The position numbers and the translations under genes were made by a program. A stretch of 64,000 nucleotides of DNA from Acidimicrobiia bacterium (lineage in GTDB: Bacteria > Actinomycetota > Acidimicrobiia > Spongiisociales > ZC4RG35), in assembly GCA_040880725.1 (NCBI GenBank), contig JBBDHV010000059.1, forward strand, positions 508 through 64,507, read 5' to 3'. Positions within the stretch are counted from its first letter, which is position 1. Each line of letters begins with the position of its first letter. Below are positions 56,042-64,000 of this stretch, piece by piece. Below the pieces are notes generated by a model. It was not told the origin of the DNA. It worked only from the letters and a program-made list of their open reading frames with translations, and ran no database searches.

Positions 56042-56390
56042 TCCCTCGTTCTCCCGGATGCGCCGGGTCAATTCCATCGTCCGTCAGGTGCTCGCCGAAC
56101 AGGTGGAACTCCTGAAGGACCCCCGGCTGGGGATCGTCTCGATCACCGGGGTCGAGACGTCGCCCAACCTGCGCCACGCCACGGTCTACTTCTCGACCCT
56201 CGATCCGTCTGGGACCGTGGACACCCAGGCGGCGCTCGACGCCGCCGCGCCGCGGCTGCGCCGGGTGCTGGGGAGTGAGGTCCGCATGAAATACACACCT
56301 GCGCTCGAGTTCCGGCCCGACCACGGGATCTCCGAAGGCGAGCGCATCGACGCGGCCCTGCGTCGCATTCAGGAGCCCACCGATGACTGA
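56034..56390 (+). CDS. rbfA: Ribosome-binding factor A
   Basis: RVNSIVRQVLAEQVELLKDPRLG, ITGVETSPNLRHATVYF. Confidence 0.9.
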   Translation: MGDPSFSRMRRVNSIVRQVLAEQVELLKDPRLGIVSITGVETSPNLRHATVYFSTLDPSGTVDTQAALDAAAPRLRRVLGSEVRMKYTPALEFRPDHGISEGERIDAALRRIQEPTDD

Positions 56391-57348
56391 TCCCTTCGAC
56401 CAGGCCGTGACCATTCTCTCGGACGCCGAGAGCCTGGTACTCGCCTGTCATGTCGGGCCGGACGGAGACGCGCTCGGCTCGATGCTCGGTCTGGGCATGG
56501 CCGCCAAGGCTGCGGGCAAGTCGGTGGTCGCCTCCTTCGGCACGCCATTCGTGATCCCGGAGTCGCTTCGCTTCCTCAACACCGACCTGCTGGTGCCGCC
56601 TTCGCAGGTACCGGAGGCCCCTGCGGTGATGGTCACCTTCGACGCCGGGTCGGCTGATCGGTTGGGGGAATTGGGAGGTGTCGCGTCCAAGGCCGGAACA
56701 GTCGTGGTGATCGATCACCACGTCACCAACGTCGGTTTCGGGGATGTCAACCTCATCGATGCAGAGGCTGCCGCGACGGCCGAAATCGTGGTGGCGCTCC
56801 TCGACCGGCTCGGGTGGCCGGTGGATCAAGACATCGCGGCAGCATTGCTGACAGGGCTGGTCACCGACACCGGGCGCTTTCAGTACTCGAACACGACGCC
56901 GCGAACCCTGGAGGCGGCCACCCGCATGGTCGAGGCAGGGGCACATCCCGAAGTCATCGGCCGGCACGTCTACGAGGAGACACCGTTCGGGTATCTGCAC
57001 GCGGCTGGTGCGGTGCTCAGCAGGGCGCAGCTCGACGCCGACCGCCGCTTCGTCTGGTCGGTCCTCACCATCGAGGACCTCAAGGAATCGGGGATCAGGG
57101 CGACCGATACCGATCCGCTCATCGACGTGATCCGTACTGCCGTCGAGTCCGACGTCGCGCTCCTCGTCAAGGAAGTCGACGACGGCAAGGTCAAAGGGAG
57201 CCTCCGTTCCCGAGGCCGGGTCGACGTCGGGGCCATTGCCGTCGAACTCGGCGGGGGAGGCCACCACAATGCGGCCGGGTTCACGTTCACCGGCTCGTCG
57301 GAGGGTGCCGTCGAAGCGGTGCGGTCACGGTTGGAACCTGCGGAGTGA
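56383..57348 (+). CDS. nrnA: DHH/DHHA1 phosphoesterase (NrnA-like oligoribonuclease / pAp phosphatase)
   Basis: HVGPDGDALGS, VIDHH, LVTDTGRFQYSNT, GGGHHNAAGF. Confidence 0.85.
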   Translation: MTDPFDQAVTILSDAESLVLACHVGPDGDALGSMLGLGMAAKAAGKSVVASFGTPFVIPESLRFLNTDLLVPPSQVPEAPAVMVTFDAGSADRLGELGGVASKAGTVVVIDHHVTNVGFGDVNLIDAEAAATAEIVVALLDRLGWPVDQDIAAALLTGLVTDTGRFQYSNTTPRTLEAATRMVEAGAHPEVIGRHVYEETPFGYLHAAGAVLSRAQLDADRRFVWSVLTIEDLKESGIRATDTDPLIDVIRTAVESDVALLVKEVDDGKVKGSLRSRGRVDVGAIAVELGGGGHHNAAGFTFTGSSEGAVEAVRSRLEPAE

Positions 57349-58205
57349 CGGTCGGGTTCCTCGCCGTCGACAAGCCACGGGGCATCACATCCCACGATGT
57401 CGTCGACCGGGTGCGCCGAGCCACGGGGATTCGAAAGGTCGGCCATACCGGGACTCTCGATCCAATGGCGACCGGTGTGGTGGTGGTCGCAGTTGGACCC
57501 GCGACCCGACTGATCCGGTTCCTGGCAGACCTCGACAAAGAGTATGTGGCAACGGCTTGCTTCGGGGTCGTGACGGACAGCCTCGACGCAGACGGGCAGG
57601 TCATCGATGACCGTCCCATGTCTGTGACCCGGGAGGACCTGGAGGCACTCAGGCCGCAGTTCTCGGGGGAGATCCAGCAGGTCCCTCCGATGGTCTCGGC
57701 GTTGCAGAAGGACGGCCGGCGCCTGTACGACCTGGCACGCCAAGGGGTCGAGGTCGAACGGGAGGCCCGCACCGTGGTCATCCACCAGCTGGAGTTCCTC
57801 GACATCGAACCGGCGAAGCATCCGCTGGTCAGTTTCCGGGTCGTGTGCGGCAAAGGGACGTATGTCCGATCTCTGGCCGACGACATGGCACGTGCGCTGG
57901 GCGGAATCGGCGGGCACCTCCGCGCCCTGCGACGCACTCGCAACGGCGCTTTCGGTCAGGATCGGGCGGTGGCGCTCGAGGACTTGGAGGGATGGCGCGA
58001 CCATCTCCTGGATCCTGCAGAGGCGTTGGCGTTCATGCCGGCCGTCCGGGTCGACGAAGGCGGCGCCCGCCGCGTCGGGAATGGGAGGCCGCTCGAAGAA
58101 TCGACATCTCCCGGGATGTTGCGGGTGCTGGGGGAGTCGGGCAGTCTGCTGGCGGTCTATCGCAGCGACGGCGAGGTCGCTCGCCCCGAGGTGGTGTTGG
58201 GATGA
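57345..58205 (+). CDS. truB: tRNA pseudouridine55 synthase TruB
   Basis: GFLAVDKPRGITSHD, VGHTGTLDPMATG. GTG overlaps the nrnA stop (GTGA). Confidence 0.92.
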   Translation: MTVGFLAVDKPRGITSHDVVDRVRRATGIRKVGHTGTLDPMATGVVVVAVGPATRLIRFLADLDKEYVATACFGVVTDSLDADGQVIDDRPMSVTREDLEALRPQFSGEIQQVPPMVSALQKDGRRLYDLARQGVEVEREARTVVIHQLEFLDIEPAKHPLVSFRVVCGKGTYVRSLADDMARALGGIGGHLRALRRTRNGAFGQDRAVALEDLEGWRDHLLDPAEALAFMPAVRVDEGGARRVGNGRPLEESTSPGMLRVLGESGSLLAVYRSDGEVARPEVVLG

Positions 58206-59137
58206 TCTTGCGTGGCGACCCTTTCGGGTGGCAGGTCGACGCCGCCGGCACGGCGGTCGCCATCGGCGTGTTCGACGGTGTGCACCGGGGTCACCAGCGG
58301 GTGATGCGGGATCTCACCGTCATGGCGCGTGACAGGGATCTCGTGCCCGCGGCGTTGACCTTTGATCCCCACCCTCTCGAGTTCCTCGCACCCGACCGTG
58401 CGCCCGACCTTCTGACCACGGTGGAACAACGCGCCGAGTTGCTCGCCGAATGCGGCGTGGAGATCCTGGGGGTGCTGCCGTTCCTGGACATCCGTGACCT
58501 CGACCCCCGCGCCTTCGTCACCGAGATTCTCTGTCTGCGCCTCAGAGTCGGGGCAATCGCGGTCGGCGAGAACTTTCGGTTCGGGCGTGACCGCGGCGGT
58601 GACCCCGGGCTCCTCAGAACATTGGGCGAGGCGCACGGGTTCACCGTCGATGTCGCAGAGATGGTCGTGCACGCGGGACCGGACGGCGTGATCTCGTCGA
58701 CCCGCATCCGGGAATTGCTCGCCGCTGGCGACGTGCGGCAGGCCGCCGTGCTGCTGGGCAGACCGTTCGCGTTGACCGGGCCGGTCATTCACGGCGACGC
58801 ACGGGGTCACACGATCGGATTCCCCACCGCCAACCTTCACATCCCCGATCGCATGGCCATCCCGGCCAACGGGGTCTATGCGTGTTGGGTGGAGCGAAAC
58901 GGCGCTCGGCACGCCGCGGTGGTCAACATCGGCGTGCGGCCCACTTTCGGGGTGAGTGCCAGAACCATCGAAGCTCACCTCCTGAACTTCGACGGCAACT
59001 TGTATGGTGAGTCGATCGCGTTGCACTTCGTCGACCGAATCCGGGAGGAACGTCGCTTTGACGGCGTCGACGCGCTGGTCGCCCAGATCGCCGCGGATCG
59101 CGATCGTGCCGCAACGATTCTCGAGGTGGGGGAGTGA
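58202..59137 (+). CDS. ribF: Bifunctional riboflavin kinase / FMN adenylyltransferase
   Basis: [33 protein letters not shown] overlaps the truB stop (ATGA). Confidence 0.92.
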   Translation: MILRGDPFGWQVDAAGTAVAIGVFDGVHRGHQRVMRDLTVMARDRDLVPAALTFDPHPLEFLAPDRAPDLLTTVEQRAELLAECGVEILGVLPFLDIRDLDPRAFVTEILCLRLRVGAIAVGENFRFGRDRGGDPGLLRTLGEAHGFTVDVAEMVVHAGPDGVISSTRIRELLAAGDVRQAAVLLGRPFALTGPVIHGDARGHTIGFPTANLHIPDRMAIPANGVYACWVERNGARHAAVVNIGVRPTFGVSARTIEAHLLNFDGNLYGESIALHFVDRIREERRFDGVDALVAQIAADRDRAATILEVGE

Positions 59138-59255
59138 GCGATCGAGGCGTCGGTTCCGTTCGGATTCGCCTCGTGTCGGCAAGATGGTATCGTTGCGGTG
59201 TCCGGCTACGCCGACAACCTCCCTTCCGAGGAACCACAGGACTTTTTTCGCGCAT

Positions 59256-59513
59256 ATGAAGACCACTCAAGAAATCATCACCGAGTTCGGAACCCACGAC
59301 TCGGACACCGGCTCGCCGGAAGTGCAGGTGGCGCTGCTCACTGAGCGCATCAACCACCTCACTGACCACCTCCGCGAGCACAAGCACGACCACCACAGCC
59401 GTCGCGGCCTGTTGATGATGGTCGGGAAGCGTCGTCGCCTCCTGAACTATCTCCGTCGCCAGGATGTCGAGCGCTATCGCTCACTCATCTCGGCGCTGGG
59501 TCTGCGTCGCTGA
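59256..59513 (+). CDS. rpsO: 30S ribosomal protein S15
   Basis: 85 aa. [50 protein letters not shown]. Confidence 0.95.
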   Translation: MKTTQEIITEFGTHDSDTGSPEVQVALLTERINHLTDHLREHKHDHHSRRGLLMMVGKRRRLLNYLRRQDVERYRSLISALGLRR

Positions 59514-59524
59514 CAAATTCGGAG

Positions 59525-59546
59525 GGAGCAGCCGACTGGCTGCTCC
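59525..59546 (+). terminator. rpsO-proximal hairpin (9-bp stem, GACT loop) followed by TTCTGCGTT
   Basis: GGAGCAGCC (59525-59533) GACT GGCTGCTCC (59538-59546), 12 nt after the rpsO stop. Confidence 0.6.
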
Positions 59547-59618
59547 TTCTGCGTTCCGGCCCCAGGCCGGGATCACCTCCCGGGCATCGTCCGGGAACCA
59601 ACACGATGGAGCCAGCCG

Positions 59619-59668
59619 GTTGCTAGTTGTGACCTTTCGCAACATTCCGAAATGTCACAACTGGTAAC
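59619..59668 (+). promoter_or_regulatory. Long imperfect hairpin in the pnp 5' leader (candidate RNase III / autoregulation site)
   Basis: GTTGCTAGTTGTGAC (59619-59633) pairs with GTCACAACTGGTAAC (59654-59668) at 13 of 15 positions. The central 9 bp are perfect; the loop is 20 nt. It lies 31 nt before the pnp GTG. Confidence 0.5.
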
Positions 59669-59698
59669 GGGTCGGGCTCCCTGAACAGAGGAGAAACC

Positions 59699-62194
59699 GT
59701 GTCCGAAATCACGGTATCCGGCGAGGTCGGCGGCAAGACGCTGTCCTTCACGACCGGAAAACTCGCGGGACAGGCCGACGGCGCCGTCGTCGCCCGTCTC
59801 GACGAAACCGAAATACTCGTCACCGCAACCGCGAACAAGCGGCTTCGCGAAGGTGTCGACTTCTTCCCGCTCACTGTGGACTTCGAGGAGCGGATGTACG
59901 CCGCGGGACGCATCCCCGGATCGTTCTTCCGCCGCGAAGGCCGTCCCAGTGAGCAGGGCATCCTGGCGTGTCGCCTCGTCGACCGTCCCCTGCGCCCGTC
60001 GTTCAAGGACGACTACCGCTGTGAGACCCATGTCGTGATGACGACGCTGTCGGTGGACGACGAGAACCCGTTCGACGTGATCGCTCTCAACGGCGCCTCC
60101 GCCGCCTTGAGCGTGAGCGCGATCCCCTTCGAGGGTCCTGTCGCAGGTGTCCGGCTCGCCCTCAAGGACGGCGAGTGGATTCCCTTCCCGACCTATGACG
60201 AACTGGACGAGTCGGTCTTCGATCTCGTGGTGGCCGGTGGCCGCAACGCCGAAGGCGGGATCGACATCATCATGGTCGAGGCAGGATCGACGCCCGACGG
60301 CCTGCGTCTGATCGGAGACGGCGCACCCGCCTCCGACGAAGACACCGTCGCTCGCGGTCTCGAAGAGTCCAAGCAGTACATCGGCCAACTCGTCGATCTG
60401 CAGAACGAACTCGCGTCCAAGGTGACCAAGCCGGTCGTCGATTGGCCCGTGGCTCTCGACTACACCGACGACGTCAAGGATCGCGTCGATCAGATCGCCC
60501 GTCCCAAGCTCCGCGAGGCAGTGCGCACCGCGGACAAGGCCGAGCGCAAGGCAGCCGAGAATGCCGCCTGGGAAGCCACGCAGGCAGAACTGGCATTCGG
60601 CGAGGATGACAAGGACGCGGCCGGCATGGCCAAGAGAGCGTTTCAGGCCGTCCTGAAGGACATGATGCGTGAGCGTGTGGTCGAGGACGACGTCCGCCTC
60701 GACGGGCGCAGTGCGACAGACATCCGGCCGCTCTCGGCAGAGATCGGTGTCGTGGCACGAGCGCACGGCTCCGGCCTGTTCCAGCGTGGCGAGACCCAGG
60801 TGCTGAACATCACCACTCTCGGCATGCTGAAGATGGAGCAGATGCTGGACGACCTCGGTCGCGAAGACGGCAAGCGGTACATGCATCACTACAACTTCCC
60901 GCCGTTCTCGACGGGCGAAGCCGGTTTCATGCGCGGTCCCAAGCGGCGTGAGATCGGTCACGGTGTCCTCGCCGAGAAGGCAGTGCACCCGGTCGTTCCG
61001 ACCGAGGAAGACTTCCCCTACGCGGTGCGTTTGGTCTCCGAGGTCCTGTCGTCGAATGGTTCGACCTCGATGGCCTCGGTGTGCGCATCGACGCTGTCGC
61101 TGATGGACGCCGGAGTCCCGATTCTGGCCCCTGTGGCGGGAATCGCCATGGGGCTCATCTACCGGGGCGGCAAGTACGTCACCCTGACTGACATCCTGGG
61201 CGCCGAAGACGCGCTCGGCGACATGGACTTCAAGGTGGCGGGAACGGCTGACGTCATCACGGCACTCCAGCTGGACACCAAGCTCCAGGGACTTCCCAGC
61301 GAAATCCTCACCGGTGCGTTGGCACAGGCGAAGGATGCCCGACTGAAGATCCTCGACGTCATGACGGCGACCATTGCCGAGCCGCGGACCGAGTTGAACA
61401 AGAACGCGCCGCGTATCGAGTCGATCGAAATCCCCAAGGAGAAGATCGGAGAGGTCATCGGCCCGAAGGGCAAGGTCATCCGCGAACTCGAGGAGTCCAC
61501 CGGGGCGACCATCGAGATCGAGGAGGAGGGGAACATCGGAATCGTCCGCATCGCCTCCACCGACAAGGACGTTCTGGCGGCAGCCAAGGACCGCGTCATG
61601 CAGATCGCCTTCCCGCCGGAGCCCGAGTTGGGCGCCGAGTACGAAGGCGAAGTGGTGAACATCACCAAGTTCGGTGCGTTCATCAACATCTTCCCAGGGC
61701 GGGACGGCCTGCTCCACATCTCGCGAATCGATGAGGACCGGCGTGTCGACCGGGTGGAGGATTACCTCTCCCAGGGTCAGAAGCTGAAGGTCCGCCTACG
61801 TGAGATCGACGACAAGGGCAAGCTGAGCCTCGAGCTGGTCGACAAGATCGAGCCGTCGGACGAGGTCAAGAACCGTCCGTCCGGCAACGACCGGGGCGGT
61901 GACCGGGGCAACGATCGCGGTGGTGACCGCGGGAACGATCGCGGTGACCGTGGCAACGATCGCGGTGGTGACCGCGGGAACGATCGCGGTGGTGACCGCG
62001 GCAACGATCGCGGCAATGACCGCGGTGGTCGCGGAGACCGTGACCGGGGGGGCCGAGGAGGAGAATCCCGAGATCAGGGGAACCGCTCCGGCAACTCCGG
62101 CGGAGCCGCACGGCCCGCCGACTCGTCGTCGAGTGATCGACGTCGACCGGCCCGTTCCTTCGACGAGGCCTTCGAGGAGATCGATCCCAAGTAG
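59699..62194 (+). CDS. pnp: Polyribonucleotide nucleotidyltransferase (PNPase) with about 100-aa Arg/Gly/Asp/Asn repeat C-terminal tail
   Basis: Two RNase PH domains, KH (IGEVIGPKGKVIREL), S1 (GEVVNITKFGAFINI), then GNDRGGDR repeats. GAGGAG Shine-Dalgarno before GTG 59699. Confidence 0.95.
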   Translation: MSEITVSGEVGGKTLSFTTGKLAGQADGAVVARLDETEILVTATANKRLREGVDFFPLTVDFEERMYAAGRIPGSFFRREGRPSEQGILACRLVDRPLRPSFKDDYRCETHVVMTTLSVDDENPFDVIALNGASAALSVSAIPFEGPVAGVRLALKDGEWIPFPTYDELDESVFDLVVAGGRNAEGGIDIIMVEAGSTPDGLRLIGDGAPASDEDTVARGLEESKQYIGQLVDLQNELASKVTKPVVDWPVALDYTDDVKDRVDQIARPKLREAVRTADKAERKAAENAAWEATQAELAFGEDDKDAAGMAKRAFQAVLKDMMRERVVEDDVRLDGRSATDIRPLSAEIGVVARAHGSGLFQRGETQVLNITTLGMLKMEQMLDDLGREDGKRYMHHYNFPPFSTGEAGFMRGPKRREIGHGVLAEKAVHPVVPTEEDFPYAVRLVSEVLSSNGSTSMASVCASTLSLMDAGVPILAPVAGIAMGLIYRGGKYVTLTDILGAEDALGDMDFKVAGTADVITALQLDTKLQGLPSEILTGALAQAKDARLKILDVMTATIAEPRTELNKNAPRIESIEIPKEKIGEVIGPKGKVIRELEESTGATIEIEEEGNIGIVRIASTDKDVLAAAKDRVMQIAFPPEPELGAEYEGEVVNITKFGAFINIFPGRDGLLHISRIDEDRRVDRVEDYLSQGQKLKVRLREIDDKGKLSLELVDKIEPSDEVKNRPSGNDRGGDRGNDRGGDRGNDRGDRGNDRGGDRGNDRGGDRGNDRGNDRGGRGDRDRGGRGGESRDQGNRSGNSGGAARPADSSSSDRRRPARSFDEAFEEIDPK
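61883..62050 (+). repeat. In-frame tandem 24-nt (21-nt variant) DNA repeats encoding GNDRGGDR units in the pnp tail
   Basis: Units at 61883-61906, 61907-61930, 61931-61951, 61952-61975 and 61976-61999, then degenerate units. GGCAACGATCGCGGTGGTGACCGCGGGAACGATCGCGGTG occurs twice. Confidence 0.9.
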
Positions 62195-62214
62195 ACGCTT
62201 GGATCCAACAAGAA

Positions 62215-62240
62215 GGGCTCGGGCATCAACGCCCGAGCCC
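62215..62240. terminator. Bidirectional intrinsic terminator between convergent pnp and ettA
   Basis: Perfect 10-bp stem GGGCTCGGGC / GCCCGAGCCC with loop ATCAAC. Flanked by AACAAGAA on the left and TTCGTCGTT on the right. Confidence 0.75.
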
Positions 62241-62265
62241 TTCGTCGTTCAGGACTGTGTCGTGG

Positions 62266-63939
<1,674 letters not shown>

Positions 63940-63976
63940 TCGGCGAGGGTAGTGGTGGTCCCGGGGGAGCCCGTCA

Positions 63977-64000
63977 GGCTGTTTGATTGTGCGGGGGGAC
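63977..64000. repeat. Second copy (inverted, cut by window edge) of the CTGYTTGATTGTGCGGGGGG repeat seen at 27043-27075
   Basis: TTGATTGTGCGGGGGG is identical to the reverse complement of 27053-27068. Lies upstream of ettA, presumably after the next minus-strand gene. Confidence 0.6.

Overview
High-GC (by eye roughly two-thirds G+C) actinobacterial chromosome segment. Gene order follows the conserved Mycobacterium/Streptomyces translation-apparatus neighbourhood; any class-level guess such as Acidimicrobiia is inference only. I support about 65 protein genes. They are tightly packed and often translationally coupled through ATGA/GTGA/TGATG overlaps. In order: hrpA (5' cut), fpg, acyP, MFS, smc-ftsY-cdd, etfBA, upp-atl-deoB-deoA, ArsP-type permease plus DUF3179 lipoprotein, ppc, ffh-rpsP-KH-rimM, a 4.6-kb insert, trmD-rplS-lepB, DEAD-box/RRM helicase, yraN, enoyl-CoA hydratase, cupin, comM-dprA, xerC, whiG/fliA-like sigma, rpsB-tsf-pyrH-frr-cdsA-dxr-M50 protease-ispG, add, coaE, proS, fdhD, serC, rimP-nusA-infB-DUF503-rbfA-nrnA-truB-ribF, rpsO-pnp, ettA. 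I saw no rRNA, tRNA, CRISPR array, transposase or phage gene. Most long ORFs in the six-frame track that lie antisense or out of frame to these genes are high-GC shadow ORFs. Family calls come from motifs read in the translations, not from database searches, and start codons are inferred. Main second-look items: (1) the insert that splits rimM from trmD. It carries a multi-TM HisKA_3 kinase, a NarL regulator, three perfectly 11-bp-phased TGACATCA repeats on a TTGACA hexamer, and a coupled sORF / RHH-domain / DUF4097-like solenoid cassette. This is the best candidate here for an uncharacterised signalling module. (2) An alkyltransferase-like protein (PCHR changed to PWWR) coupled inside a nucleoside-salvage operon. 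(3) A dispersed intergenic palindromic repeat family (core GAACCC-N-GGGTTC, 36-nt units, one 335-bp copy with 58-bp inverted arms), plus a second G6/C7 hairpin repeat. (4) PNPase with a GNDRGGDR tandem-repeat tail and a DEAD-box helicase fused to a canonical RRM. (5) An AT-rich 17-bp tandem repeat at the permease start.
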